DNA of 64,000 bases. It comes from an uncultured delta proteobacterium. GTDB lineage: Bacteria > Desulfobacterota > RBG-13-43-22. The position numbers and the translations under genes are program-made. Below the pieces are notes generated by a model. It did no database searches, was not told where the DNA came from, and saw nothing but the letters and a program-made list of their open reading frames with translations. The DNA lies in contig CAWBOS010000010.1 of assembly GCA_963790475.1 (NCBI GenBank), positions 864,001-928,000 on the forward strand, read 5' to 3'. The first letter of the stretch is position 1. Each line of letters begins with the position of its first letter. Of this stretch, positions 1 to 10,347 are shown one piece after another.

Positions 1-806
1 TCCAGCTTCGCGCCGGTCGTTTGGATCTCAACCTGATTGTAGATATCAAACGAATTCCGGAGACCAGCCAACTGGCTTACAATCCTGTGGAAGGACTCAC
101 CCTGGGATCGGCGGTAACCTGTTGCCGGGTCTATGAGGATCAGGTGATTCAGGAGTTCTACCCGGCCTTGATCGACTCAGCCTCGCTGATCGGGGGTGTG
201 GCCGTTCAGGGGCGGGCGACCATCGGCGGGAACGTCTGCAACGCCGCCCCCAGCGGCGACACCCTGCCGACGCTGATTGTCCTTGAGGCGAACTGCCGGA
301 TCTTCGGACCTCGAGGCGAACGCATCGTACCGGTGGAACAGTTCTTTACCGGTCCGGGGGCCACCGTGCTGGAGCGGGACGAACTGCTTGTTTCCATGCA
401 TATCCCGCCGCCAAGTCCTAACTCGGGCGTCCGTTATCTGCGTTTCATCCCCCGCAATGAAATGGACATCGCCGTGGTGGGAGTCGGTGCAAAAGTGGGA
501 CTGAGCGATGACCTGCAAAGAATCGTCTCGGCCCGGATTGCCCTGGGTGCCGTTGCTCCGACACCGATCTTGATTCGCGAGGCAGGTGAGGCCCTCATTG
601 GCAAATCCCCTACCGAAGAGTCCTTTAGCAAGGCGGCGGCCGTAGCCCAAGAGGCGGCCTGTCCGATTACTGATATGCGAGGGACGATAGCCTACCGCCG
701 GCATCTGGTAAGTATCCTGGTCAAACGAGCGCTGCTGGACGCGGTCGAAAGGGCGCGGTCAACGGCCAAAGGAAAAAAGAAGGAGGTTGGAACCCATGTC
801 CGATAA
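1..806 (+). CDS. Xanthine dehydrogenase family FAD-binding (medium, CoxM/CutM-like) subunit, 5'-partial
   Basis: Frame is open from the window edge; motifs RATIGGNVCNAAPSGD, ARIALGAVAPTP and PITDMRGTIAYR; followed by S and L subunits. Confidence 0.9.
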   Translation, partial: QLRAGRLDLNLIVDIKRIPETSQLAYNPVEGLTLGSAVTCCRVYEDQVIQEFYPALIDSASLIGGVAVQGRATIGGNVCNAAPSGDTLPTLIVLEANCRIFGPRGERIVPVEQFFTGPGATVLERDELLVSMHIPPPSPNSGVRYLRFIPRNEMDIAVVGVGAKVGLSDDLQRIVSARIALGAVAPTPILIREAGEALIGKSPTEESFSKAAAVAQEAACPITDMRGTIAYRRHLVSILVKRALLDAVERARSTAKGKKKEVGTHVR

Positions 807-1302
807 GGTTCGCGTTAAGGCGCGCGTGAATAATGAAGAAGTGGAATTTCTCTGTGATCCCCGCCAGAGTCTAATGGATTGCCTGCGGGACATTCTTAAT
901 CTGACGGGAACCAAGGAAGGCTGCAATGACGGCAACTGCGGGTCCTGCAGCGTCCTGCTCAACGGCCGCCTGGTGAACTCCTGTCTGGTCCTGGGTGCGG
1001 AAATTGACGGGCAGGAAGTTATGACCGTGGAAGGGTTGGCCGATGCCGGAAATCTCCATGTACTTCAACAGGCTTTTCTGGAAAACGCCGCCATCCAATG
1101 CGGCTATTGCACCCCTGGGATGCTGATGGCTGCGAAAGCCCTGCTGGATCGTCATCCTGACCCTACGGAGGAACAGATCCGCTTCTGGCTGGCCGGAAAC
1201 CTGTGCCGATGCACCGGGTATGATAAAATCATCCGGGCGGTCAAGGATGCGGCGGCTCGGATGCGGGGTCATCAATTAAGGGAAGGGAGGGTGACCCAAT
1301 GA
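796..1302 (+). CDS. Xanthine dehydrogenase family 2x[2Fe-2S] small subunit (CoxS-like)
   Basis: GTKEGCxxGxCGSC, QCGYCTPG and GNLCRCTGY motifs; AGGAGG RBS at 781-786 before ATG 796. Confidence 0.93.
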   Translation: MSDKVRVKARVNNEEVEFLCDPRQSLMDCLRDILNLTGTKEGCNDGNCGSCSVLLNGRLVNSCLVLGAEIDGQEVMTVEGLADAGNLHVLQQAFLENAAIQCGYCTPGMLMAAKALLDRHPDPTEEQIRFWLAGNLCRCTGYDKIIRAVKDAAARMRGHQLREGRVTQ

Positions 1303-3584
1303 GTGAATCCGCCAAACAAAAAGCAGCCCCGGAAAAGTCAGCGGCCCGATATAAGGTAATCGGCGCCCGACCGGTGGCCCAGGATGCGGTGGATAAGTCA
1401 ACCGGTCGGGCTGCCTATACGGGTGACATCAAGCTGCCCCGGATGATCCAGGGCAAGATCCTGCGCAGCCCTCATGCCCATGCCCGCATCCGATCCATCG
1501 ACACCAGTCGGGCGGAAGCCCTCCCCGGCGTTTTTGCCGTCGTCACCTGGCGGGACCTCTGGCCCGCTAAAGACATCGCCAATCCGGAAAAGGTCAGGAC
1601 CAAAGACAGTCATTTCCGGGACAGCTATTTTGCCCGCCAAAAAGCCCTTTACTGTGGCCATCCCATCGCGGCGGTGGCCGCTGCTGAGCCCTGGCTGGCG
1701 CAAGAGGCCTTAAGGTTGATCGTTGTGGACTATGAACGGTTTCCTTTCGTTTTGGACCCCCTCCGGGCCATGGAGGAAGGCAGTCCTATCCTCCACGAAG
1801 GGGTTGTCCGCAAAGAACTGACCGGCATGGGCAATAATCTGGCTTTCCGGGTCGATCACCTCAAAGGCAATCCGGACGAAGGTTTTGCCCAGGCCGATGT
1901 GGTCATTGAGCGGGAATTCCGGGTCGGCACCGTCCGCCAGGGTTATATCGAACCTATGGCCGCCGTTGCCGACTGGACATCCGAAGGGCAGCTTAAGCTC
2001 TGGTCCACAACCCAGGGCGCCTTTTTTGTGCGCCGGGACGTGGCCGATCTGTTGCCCATCCCTCTGGCCCATATTCAGGTTATTTCCACAGAGGTAGGTG
2101 GTTCTTTCGGAGGGAAAAGCGCCGCCTTCCTGGAACCGGCAGCCGCCCTGTTGTCCAGGAAATCCGGACGGCCGGTCAGGATGGCGATGACCCGGGAGGA
2201 AGTTTTCACGGCCACGGTGCCTTCTACCGCCTGCTTCATCCGAGTGAAGATGGGAGCAACGCGCCAGGGCCGGATTACCGCGGCCTCCGCCTATATGGTA
2301 TTTGAAACGGGGGCCTACCGCGGGCTCAGTTGGGTCGCCGGCGGGGCCAGGTGCATGTTCGCCCCCTACGATATTCCCAATGGACGCATCGAAGGTTTTG
2401 ATGTCTTCGTCAACAAACCGAAGAGCGGCTCCTTTCGGGCCCCGAACGCTCCACAGGTCACCTTTGCTTATGAGAACGTCATCGACGAGTTGAGTGAAAA
2501 GATCGGGCTGGACCCTATGGAATTCCGACTGAAGAATATAGCCAAGCAGGGAACGCGGAAGATCGACGGCATGGTTTATCCCCTCGTCGGATTTAAGGAA
2601 ACGCTGGAGGCAGCCATGAAAACGGCGCATTACCGGACACCGCTCCAAGGAGCCTATCGAGGACGAGGTATCGCCTGTGGTTGGTGGCCCAACAATGCCC
2701 TGCAGTCCACCTGCTCCCTGGGTGTGAACGATGACGGTTCGGTAAACCTGATCACCGGGTCGATTGACGTCGGCAGCAGCGCCAGAACCGCCATAGCCAT
2801 GCAGGCCGCCGAAAGGCTGTCGATTCCTCTGGCGGAAATACACCCTATTACCGGAGACACCAGCTCCATCGGCTACACGGCCACCACTGGAGGAAGCCGC
2901 ACCACCTTTGCCACCGGCATAGCCGCCATCACCGCAGCCGACGAGCTGATCCACAAAATGAGGGAACGGGCGGCCCTGATTTGGAGTGTCGATTCTCCCA
3001 CTGTATATTACGGGGAAGGCGTTTTCACCACCACTAACGATCCGGCCAAACGCCTCACCTTCAAGGAGGTGGCGGCCCAGGTACTCCTCACCGGCGGGCC
3101 CATTTACGTGACCGCCAGTCTGGAGCCTAAAGGCGTCGGCAGTGCTATTTCAGTCTGTATCGTGGACCTGGAGGTTGATCCGGAAACCGGAAAGGTCACC
3201 ATTCTTCGCTGTACATCGGTCCAGGATGTTGGTAAAGCCATTCACCCGGGGCATGTCGAAGGGCAGATCCAGGGCGCCGTTGCCCAGGGAATCGGCCGGG
3301 CACTCTTCGAAGAATATCAGTTTGACGACCAGGGCCGAATGCTCAACCGAAGTTTTCTCGACTACCGGATGCCGACGGCAACTGACGTTCCCCGGATCGA
3401 GACGGTCCTGGTGGAAGTGCCCAATCCGGGTCATCCCTACGGGGTCCGGGGGGTCGCCGAACCGCCGGTGGTGCCGCCGCCCGCAGCCATTGCCATTGCC
3501 ATTCATCGGGCCCTTGGTGTTCGCCTGTCCGAACTGCCCATGACTCCGGAAAGGGTCCTGCGGGCTACGGGAAAACTTGGGTAG
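1299..3584 (+). CDS. Xanthine dehydrogenase family molybdopterin-binding large subunit
   Basis: ILRSPHAHARI, GGSFGGK, SFRAPNAPQ loop, EGQIQGAVAQGIG, GVAEPP with catalytic Glu; ATGA overlap with the upstream gene. Confidence 0.92.
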   Translation: MSESAKQKAAPEKSAARYKVIGARPVAQDAVDKSTGRAAYTGDIKLPRMIQGKILRSPHAHARIRSIDTSRAEALPGVFAVVTWRDLWPAKDIANPEKVRTKDSHFRDSYFARQKALYCGHPIAAVAAAEPWLAQEALRLIVVDYERFPFVLDPLRAMEEGSPILHEGVVRKELTGMGNNLAFRVDHLKGNPDEGFAQADVVIEREFRVGTVRQGYIEPMAAVADWTSEGQLKLWSTTQGAFFVRRDVADLLPIPLAHIQVISTEVGGSFGGKSAAFLEPAAALLSRKSGRPVRMAMTREEVFTATVPSTACFIRVKMGATRQGRITAASAYMVFETGAYRGLSWVAGGARCMFAPYDIPNGRIEGFDVFVNKPKSGSFRAPNAPQVTFAYENVIDELSEKIGLDPMEFRLKNIAKQGTRKIDGMVYPLVGFKETLEAAMKTAHYRTPLQGAYRGRGIACGWWPNNALQSTCSLGVNDDGSVNLITGSIDVGSSARTAIAMQAAERLSIPLAEIHPITGDTSSIGYTATTGGSRTTFATGIAAITAADELIHKMRERAALIWSVDSPTVYYGEGVFTTTNDPAKRLTFKEVAAQVLLTGGPIYVTASLEPKGVGSAISVCIVDLEVDPETGKVTILRCTSVQDVGKAIHPGHVEGQIQGAVAQGIGRALFEEYQFDDQGRMLNRSFLDYRMPTATDVPRIETVLVEVPNPGHPYGVRGVAEPPVVPPPAAIAIAIHRALGVRLSELPMTPERVLRATGKLG

Positions 3585-3586
3585 CC

Positions 3587-3850
3587 ATGCCGGTTCTTTC
3601 GATTCCTCCGGACCTGCGCCACCTGACCGAAGATAAAGGGGTGATTCGGGTTCCCGGGAAAACCGTCGGCCAGGCCCTGGTAAACCTGGAGACCATTCAC
3701 CCCGGTGTCTGGGACCGCCTCTGTGAAGGGAAGAACCTCAATCCCTATGTTACTATAGTGGTGGATGGCGAAGTCAGCGGCATGGGATTGTATGAACCCC
3801 TCCGGGAAGACAGCGAGGTGCACTTTCTGCCGACCATGGAAGGGGGGTAG
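3587..3850 (+). CDS. MoaD/ThiS family sulfur carrier protein
   Basis: 87 aa, ubiquitin-like size, C-terminal GG, directly after a molybdoenzyme. Confidence 0.85.
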   Translation: MPVLSIPPDLRHLTEDKGVIRVPGKTVGQALVNLETIHPGVWDRLCEGKNLNPYVTIVVDGEVSGMGLYEPLREDSEVHFLPTMEGG

Positions 3851-3913
3851 AAGGAGAAGGCGTTTCCCGTCACAATTAATCCCACGCTTTTCTTTTATGT
3901 CAAATTTGACATC

Positions 3914-3943
3914 TTGACTTTATCAACCACCTTCCTATAGAAT
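3914..3943 (+). promoter_or_regulatory. Candidate sigma70 promoter upstream of the ADH-AOR operon
   Basis: TTGACT-N18-TAGAAT. Confidence 0.35.
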
Positions 3944-3985
3944 TTCAACGATTTGTTTTTTCAAAAAAAATTAAGCACTTTGTAA

Positions 3986-4115
3986 GATGGATTCGCGATA
4001 AGTCGTCACCCCGGCGAAAGCCGGGGTCCAGGAGATTAAAACTACTTAAAATCACTGGATTCCGGCTTTCGCCGGAATGACTAATGCGAGTTTCGGCGAT
4101 TTTTTGCGAGTTCAT
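3986..4115. repeat. REP-doublet/MITE-like palindromic element, copy 1
   Basis: GTCACCCCGGCGAAAGCCGGGGTCCAG ... CTGGATTCCGGCTTTCGCCGGAATGAC (4005-4081) inside imperfect outer inverted repeats; homologous copies at 7482 and 43218. Confidence 0.85.
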
Positions 4116-4275
4116 GTTGTAAGTTTTGTCATTTTCAACCATCACCGAAGGACGGATTCAAAAGGTCGAAGGTCCATGGTGTAAGGATTTGCCGTATATG
4201 GTGAATCCTATTCCGCTTCCTCCCTCGAATCCTGGTAACCTCAAACAAAAAAACCATCAAAACGGAGGTTGAGTT

Positions 4276-5544
4276 ATGGGATACTGGTTTACTGATCCGA
4301 TTATCAAAGGTCTTCTCCCGCTGGCGTCCGCATCTTCCATGAGGGGTCTTTCATCTTCATTCGCCACTCCCAAGATTTTTATGGGCGCCAATGTACTCCC
4401 CGAAGGGCCGGCCATTGGGGTGACGGCCGTTGATGTCTTTGCCGACAGGTGTCCCCGCAAACGGGCCTTTTTTGTGACCGATACCATCGCGGAAAAATCG
4501 GCTACCAAGGTGGCCAAGGCTCTTCAGGCCGGGGGGTTTACGACAAAAATCTGGAACAAGGCCCTGCCCGAAGCTCCATTGGATAATGTCAGGGAATCGG
4601 GCACGGCCATGACCGAATTCGAACCTGACTTCATCGTAGCGGTAGGGGGGGGCTCGGTAATTGACGGGGCAAAGGCGGCCTGGGTCCATTATGAACGGCC
4701 GGATATACCCCATCTGGGAATGATAAGCCCCCTTGAACCTCTGCACTTGCGAAAGAAGGCCGTCCTGGCAGCCGTACCGACTACCAGCGGTACCGGGTCG
4801 GAATGCACCAGTGTCTTTGTGGCCCACGATCCGGAAGTTCACCGGAAAGTGCCCGTGGCCTGTGGTGAGCTGATGCCTGATTTTGCCATATTGGTGCCGG
4901 AATTTACCATGAGTATGCCTCCCAAATTGACCGCCGGGACCGGCTTGGACGTTCTGGCCCACGCCATGGACAGCGCTGCTATCGTGGGTGGGAACGAGAT
5001 CACCCACTCACTGGCCCTGACCGCTACCGAGATGGCCTTCAAATATCTACCCCGGGCCTTTCGCAACGGCCAGGATCATGAGGCCCGGTTGCGCATGTTG
5101 CTGGCCGCCAGTACCGCCGGAATCGCCTTTGGGCAGGGGGGCGTTGCTCTGACGCACAGTTTCGGACATTCCCTGGGATCCCTTTTTAATATTCATCACG
5201 GGATTGCCGTGGGGATGTTTATTCCCGCCTCCCTTCAATTTTATTCACCGATAACGGATAATTACCTCAGCTTATGCAAAACCCTGAATATTTTGGGGAA
5301 GTCCGACAAAGATAGTCTTTCCCGTCTGGTGAAGAAAGTGAGAGGCTTTTTGACCGAGCTGGACATCCCTGTGACTGTAAAAGATCTGGGTATATCCAAA
5401 AGTGATTTTAAGAAAAAAATGGAGATGCTGGTGCTCTATTCGGTCGAGGATATTGATTCTTATTTCAGTCCCCGGCCGATGACCGCTGAGCAGTGTGAAA
5501 AGATATTCTGGTATGCTTACGAAGGCAAGGACATCGATTTCTAA
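4276..5544 (+). CDS. Iron-containing alcohol dehydrogenase
   Basis: GGGSVIDGAK, PTTSGTGSE, DVLAH and HSFGH/HHG metal ligands; GGAGG RBS. Confidence 0.92.
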   Translation: MGYWFTDPIIKGLLPLASASSMRGLSSSFATPKIFMGANVLPEGPAIGVTAVDVFADRCPRKRAFFVTDTIAEKSATKVAKALQAGGFTTKIWNKALPEAPLDNVRESGTAMTEFEPDFIVAVGGGSVIDGAKAAWVHYERPDIPHLGMISPLEPLHLRKKAVLAAVPTTSGTGSECTSVFVAHDPEVHRKVPVACGELMPDFAILVPEFTMSMPPKLTAGTGLDVLAHAMDSAAIVGGNEITHSLALTATEMAFKYLPRAFRNGQDHEARLRMLLAASTAGIAFGQGGVALTHSFGHSLGSLFNIHHGIAVGMFIPASLQFYSPITDNYLSLCKTLNILGKSDKDSLSRLVKKVRGFLTELDIPVTVKDLGISKSDFKKKMEMLVLYSVEDIDSYFSPRPMTAEQCEKIFWYAYEGKDIDF

Positions 5545-5558
5545 AGGAGGGAAAAAAT

Positions 5559-7397
5559 ATGTACGGATATCACGGAAAGTTCCTCAACGTGGATTTGACC
5601 GAGAACCGGATCTCGGAAATGCCCCTGGCTGAAGATGATTTAAAGAAATTTATCGGCGGTGCCAGCTTAAGCGCCAAGTTGATATATGATCACGTCAAAA
5701 AAGGGATGGATCCCTTAAGCCCGGAGAGTCCTCTGATCTTTTCCACCGGACCTTTAACCGCCACCTCTTTTCCGATGGTCAGCCGTTATGCGGTCAGCGG
5801 CATATCGCCTTTGACAGGGTACTGGGGGGAGGCGACCAGCGGTGGGAAGTTTCCCTTCCGTTTGAAGGAAAGCGGATTTGACGGCATTTTTATTACCGGG
5901 CGCGCAAAAAAGCCGGTTTACCTCCATATTGATAATGGAACGGCCCGGATTGAGGAAGCGACAAAACTCTGGGGCAAGGATATCTACAAGACTCAGAAGA
6001 TGATAGCCGAGGAAGTCAAAGATAAGGGGGCCAGCGTGGCCTGCATCGGCCCGGCAGGAGAGAGGCAGATACGATATGCCTCGGTCATGAACGATGAAGG
6101 TCGTGCTGCCGGACGCTGCGGCCTGGGGGCCTTGATGGGTTCTAAAAATCTGAAGGCCGTGGTGGCCGTTGGCAAAAAAAGAGCGGAACCGGCCGACAGG
6201 GGCAAGCTGACGGAACTCTCCAAGGAGGCCAACAATATAATCAGAGGCAATATGCTGACCCTGGCCTACCGGGAATACGGAACGATGATGTACACGGATA
6301 TGGGGATGATCCTGGGAGATGTGCCGGCCAAATATTTCACCAAGAATGTTTTCCCGGTCGATAAGGTTACCAGTCAGACCATTCGACAGAATTATAGTAT
6401 GGGAAATTATGCCTGTCTGGGTTGCCCGATTGGATGCGGCAGGGAAATAAAGAATTTCCGAACGGGTTTGCCCTCCGTGGATGGGCCTGAATATGAAACC
6501 CTGGTGGCCTTCGGCCCCTTGTGCATGAATTTTGATTTGGATTCGATCATCTATGCCAACCATCTGTGCAATGCCAACGGGCTGGATACCATTTCGGCCG
6601 GTGTCTCCATCGCCTATGCCCTTTATTTGGCCGAGCAAGGGGTGCTCAACAAGAAAAAGGCCGGAGTTGACCTGAAGTGGGGAGACAGTAAGACTGTTGT
6701 TAAACTGCTGGAGATGATCATCAGTCAAAAAGGCATCGGGAAAATGCTATCCGAGGGGACACTCCGGATGGCTCGTGAATTGGGCCGTGACGAGGGCGAG
6801 GCGGCCCAGGTCAAAGGGATGGAAATGCCTATGCATGAGGGGCGGGCCTTTCACGGCCTGGCGGCCTCCTATGCCACCGGTCCTCGCGGGGCGTGTCATC
6901 TAAAAGGAGATTACTACACGGTCGATATCGGAGGAGGGGTGCCGGAACTGGGTCTCGGTTCAACCGGCAACCGCTTGAGTTCGGTCGATACCGGCGAAAG
7001 GGCGGCCAAGTTCCAGAGCGTGAAAGACCTTTATGATTCCTTGACCCTCTGCAAATTTTCCCCCGCGCCCTTAACCCTGATCGGTCAGGCCCTGGGTGCC
7101 GTAACCGGCTGGGAATACACTCCCAACGATTTGCTGACCGCCGGCGATAGATCGATGACTATTAAAAGGGCCATCAGCAATAAACTCGGCCTCAAACGCA
7201 AGGATGACAAGCTGCCCAAGATTTGTCTGCAGGCGCTCAAAGAAGGCAGCACTGCAGGCACGGCCCCGGATATGAATTTGCTCATGAAAGATTATTACCA
7301 GTACCGGGGATGGGATTGGGATACCGGCCGTCCAACGGAAAAGAAATTAAATGAACTGGATCTGGGATGGATTGCGGAGGATCTGTATAAAAAATAA
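5559..7397 (+). CDS. aor: Aldehyde:ferredoxin oxidoreductase (tungsten AOR family)
   Basis: MYGYHGKFLNVDL start, AAGRCGLGALMGSKNLKA, CxxCPIGC, PEYET, GLDTIS, RGACH motifs. Confidence 0.92.
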   Translation: MYGYHGKFLNVDLTENRISEMPLAEDDLKKFIGGASLSAKLIYDHVKKGMDPLSPESPLIFSTGPLTATSFPMVSRYAVSGISPLTGYWGEATSGGKFPFRLKESGFDGIFITGRAKKPVYLHIDNGTARIEEATKLWGKDIYKTQKMIAEEVKDKGASVACIGPAGERQIRYASVMNDEGRAAGRCGLGALMGSKNLKAVVAVGKKRAEPADRGKLTELSKEANNIIRGNMLTLAYREYGTMMYTDMGMILGDVPAKYFTKNVFPVDKVTSQTIRQNYSMGNYACLGCPIGCGREIKNFRTGLPSVDGPEYETLVAFGPLCMNFDLDSIIYANHLCNANGLDTISAGVSIAYALYLAEQGVLNKKKAGVDLKWGDSKTVVKLLEMIISQKGIGKMLSEGTLRMARELGRDEGEAAQVKGMEMPMHEGRAFHGLAASYATGPRGACHLKGDYYTVDIGGGVPELGLGSTGNRLSSVDTGERAAKFQSVKDLYDSLTLCKFSPAPLTLIGQALGAVTGWEYTPNDLLTAGDRSMTIKRAISNKLGLKRKDDKLPKICLQALKEGSTAGTAPDMNLLMKDYYQYRGWDWDTGRPTEKKLNELDLGWIAEDLYKK

Positions 7398-7481
7398 ATA
7401 ACTGAATATCTATGTACGCTAAATAAAAGCGCATCGACAAAGTTTTGTCGATCTTTCGGGGACCAGGAAATCCCTTTGCCC

Positions 7482-7560
7482 GTCACCCCGGCGAAAGCCG
7501 GGGTCCAGGAGCGCCTTTGACGGAATAAATTCTCTGGATTCCGGCTTTCGCCGGAATGAC
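7482..7560. repeat. REP-doublet palindromic element, copy 2
   Basis: Same two GC-rich hairpins as 4005-4081 with a different spacer; lies between convergent genes. Confidence 0.85.
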
Positions 7561-7753
7561 AGGAAGAGGACTCCAAGTTTTTAAGTCAACTGCTCAGTTT
7601 GGAGCCGCCTCTTGCAGGGAAACTCTCGGACGGGGCGTAGATCCTAACTCCAGAACTCAGAGAATTCATCTTTAAGTTGCGACTCTAAAGTCCAAGGGGG
7701 GTCAAGGAAAGGGGAATCTTTTAATCACTCGAATCCTTGACCCCCTCATTCCT

Positions 7754-9277
7754 TTATTGACTAATCCCTTCCCCGCAGGCCCGGCCTCTCAAATGAAAGA
7801 AAAAGTGAAGCCCTTTCTTGACCTTTTCTGATAAAAACTTTTTGGACACAAAATCTCCGGCCACTTTTTTATTGATTTCCCCCAAGGTCGGGTAGGGGTG
7901 AACGGCCATGGCCAGGGTGGAAAGCTTAGTTTGGCCATTCAGGACCGCCACCCATTCGTTCATCAATTCACCGCCCCCCGGCCCTAAAATTTGTATACCT
8001 AAAGGTTTATCCTTTTCATCCAGCAGCATTTTTATTTTTCCGATAGATTCACCTTGGGCCAGACTTCGATCGTTATTTTTGAATTCTTCGGTCCAGACCG
8101 AATATTTGATTCCCGCCTTCTGCGCTTCCTTTTCATTCAGGCCGATGCCGGCCAGTTCCGGATCGGTATAGGTACACCAGGGAAGATAGGTATAATCCGT
8201 CTTTCGGGGTAAGTGAAGAATCGCATTACTGAGGACAATGCCCGCCTCATAGCCGGCGGCATGGGTAAACTGGTATTCCCCCGTCACATCCCCGGCCCCA
8301 TAGATATGAGTGTGATTGGTCCTTAAACGTTGGTCCAGCTTCAGCCCCTTGGAGTCAAAAGTCAGACCGATGGTATCCAGACCTAATCCACCCAGGTTGG
8401 CCTCCCGGCCCATGGCCACCAGAAGGGTCTCGGCTCGAAGGGTCAGGGTCCGGTCCTGTTCTATCTTAACCACCTCATCCGGCCACATTTTGGACAACAT
8501 TTTCTTGGTCTGATTCGGATCAATCCTGAGAAATACGACCCGTTCCTGACCCAGATCCTCAGTCCGAAGGATCGAGGTGTTCAGGAAAAAAAACACCCCT
8601 TCTTTTTCCAGAACCTGCATCACCTGGTCGGCCATATCCTTATCTTCCCTGGTCAGGACCTGGGGACCTCGATGGACGACGAAAACCCTGGTTCCCAGGC
8701 GGGAGAAGGCCTGAGCCATTTCAATGGCCACCGGGCCGGCCCCCAGGATAATCATGGATCGGGGGAGTTTGGGCAAAGAAAAAAGATCTCTGTTGGTAAT
8801 AAAGGTAGTTTTAGACAATCCTTCAAGAGGAGGGACAGCCGGAGAAGATCCGGTGGCAATCACCCAGTTCTTGGCGGTGATCGAATTTCCATTCAGGCGG
8901 ACCGTATTTAGATCCAAAAATTCAGCTTGACCAAATAGGACTTTGACCCCTAAGGAGCAAAAACGTTTCTCGGAGTCATGCTCCTGGATTATCTCGATAA
9001 CCGATTGAATCCTTTGCGCCACCTGATCGAAAGACACCGGAGGGACGTTCACTGCCGGCAAACCAAAAGTTTTGGACTGCTTAAGGAGATGATACACCTG
9101 GGCGGTTCGTATCAGGGTTTTGCTGGGTACACAGCCGAAGTGGAGACAATCGCCACCCAGGTTTTCTTCTTTTTCGATCAGCAGGGTTTTGGCCCCCAAT
9201 TGGGCCGCTCCGGCTGCGACGCTCAATCCAGCCGAACCCCCGCCGAGTATACCAAGATCAAAATCATACTGGATCAT
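7754..9277 (-). CDS. Pyridine nucleotide-disulfide oxidoreductase (dihydrolipoamide dehydrogenase/MerA-like family)
   Basis: GGGSAG FAD motif, GGDCLHFGCVPSK redox disulfide, GAGDVTG, HPYPT. Confidence 0.9.
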   Translation of the reverse strand: MIQYDFDLGILGGGSAGLSVAAGAAQLGAKTLLIEKEENLGGDCLHFGCVPSKTLIRTAQVYHLLKQSKTFGLPAVNVPPVSFDQVAQRIQSVIEIIQEHDSEKRFCSLGVKVLFGQAEFLDLNTVRLNGNSITAKNWVIATGSSPAVPPLEGLSKTTFITNRDLFSLPKLPRSMIILGAGPVAIEMAQAFSRLGTRVFVVHRGPQVLTREDKDMADQVMQVLEKEGVFFFLNTSILRTEDLGQERVVFLRIDPNQTKKMLSKMWPDEVVKIEQDRTLTLRAETLLVAMGREANLGGLGLDTIGLTFDSKGLKLDQRLRTNHTHIYGAGDVTGEYQFTHAAGYEAGIVLSNAILHLPRKTDYTYLPWCTYTDPELAGIGLNEKEAQKAGIKYSVWTEEFKNNDRSLAQGESIGKIKMLLDEKDKPLGIQILGPGGGELMNEWVAVLNGQTKLSTLAMAVHPYPTLGEINKKVAGDFVSKKFLSEKVKKGLHFFFHLRGRACGEGISQ

Positions 9278-9785
9278 TCAATCCTCCTGAATTTTTCTTT
9301 TTTGGCCCCGCAGACCGGACATTGATCGGGCAGATGGTCTTCTTCGAAGACATATCCGCAGATCTGGCAGACATGATAAGGAAGGTGTTTATCCGAGAGC
9401 ATGGCCGTCAAAGCGTCTTTATATAATAGGGCATGCCGTTCTTCCACGTCGCGGGAACGGATAAAACTCCAGGCCAAATCTTCACGTTTAAGGGCCAAGG
9501 CTTCTTTGATGAATTCCGGGTAAAAATCGGTTTTAGCCCGGATTTCATTTTCAAAGGCCGCTTTCAGGTTGTCTTCTGTCTTTCCAACGACCCCTTCAAG
9601 ATATTTGAGGTATTCCTCGGCATGGACCTTCTCGGCCTCAGCCACGGCCCGAAATAACCGGGCGATCTGGGAATAGCCCTCCTTCTCGGCCTGCCCTGCA
9701 TAAGCCATATTCCGGATATAGGCCTTGGATTCTCCGGCAAAGGCCTCCCGGAGCCGTTTTTCCAAATCCTGGGGAAGCTCTTCAT
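9274..9785 (-). CDS. rbr: Rubrerythrin family protein
   Basis: AFAGES, AEKVHA, EERH di-iron motifs and C-terminal CxxC...CxxC rubredoxin knuckle; the ATG at 9785 is one base out of frame (likely indel), the in-frame TTG is at 9765. Confidence 0.88.
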
Positions 9786-10003
9786 ATCAAGGACAATCCG
9801 CCAAAAATAGCGGCGGATCGTCCTTGATCAGATTAGCCCTGCTTAGCATAAAAATATTCGCGATAGCCTTGTCTGTAATTCCCGGCAGTTCTCTCCTTTG
9901 TTAGGATATCTTAGGCAGCCAGGCCTTGGCCGGAAAAAAGTCTGTATCTGACCGTGAGAGTCCGTGGCAAAGAAAGTTTTTGACTTACCTGGTTAATAAT
10001 CTA

Positions 10004-10327
10004 TCATTTTAACGCTTCCATGGAAATACAGGAATGGGCAAAAGAGGCCCCGGCATTCATGGCTACGGCCACAAAAACCACCTCAGCGATTTCCGCATCT
10101 GTGGCCCCCAGCTGTTTGGCCTTCTTGGTGTGACCGTCTATGCAATAGGGGCAGCGGGTAATGTGGGCGCAGGCCACGGCCACCAATTCCTTCATTTTAC
10201 CGGGCAGGGCACCGTCATCAAAGACTTTCTGGTTAAAGGTTAAAAATGAAGTAAAGAGATCCGGGTTGAGTTCCATCAATTTTTGAAAATTTTTCACGCC
10301 TTCCTTGTTGTAATAACTTTCACTCAT
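10004..10327 (-). CDS. Carboxymuconolactone decarboxylase/AhpD family protein
   Basis: KELVAVA..H...CPYCIDGH motif. Confidence 0.88.
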   Translation of the reverse strand: MSESYYNKEGVKNFQKLMELNPDLFTSFLTFNQKVFDDGALPGKMKELVAVACAHITRCPYCIDGHTKKAKQLGATDAEIAEVVFVAVAMNAGASFAHSCISMEALK

Positions 10328-10347
10328 CGGGCATTTCCTCCTTAGGT

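Noticed and set aside
1710-2954. Long antisense ORFs (e.g. 1710-2954, 5754-6728, 22952-23614, 30154-30612, 32515-32946)
   Set aside because: Shadows of well-supported genes or of intron RNA on the opposite strand, with no recognisable motifs
1299-3584. Aerobic CO dehydrogenase CoxL
   Set aside because: Lacks the AYxCSFR and AYRGAGR signatures
7595-7660. Possible tRNA or ncRNA in the aor-reductase intergenic region
   Set aside because: No cloverleaf, T-loop or known family motif could be built by eye
7754-9277. True mercuric reductase merA
   Set aside because: No C-terminal Cys-Cys pair, no NmerA domain and no mer operon
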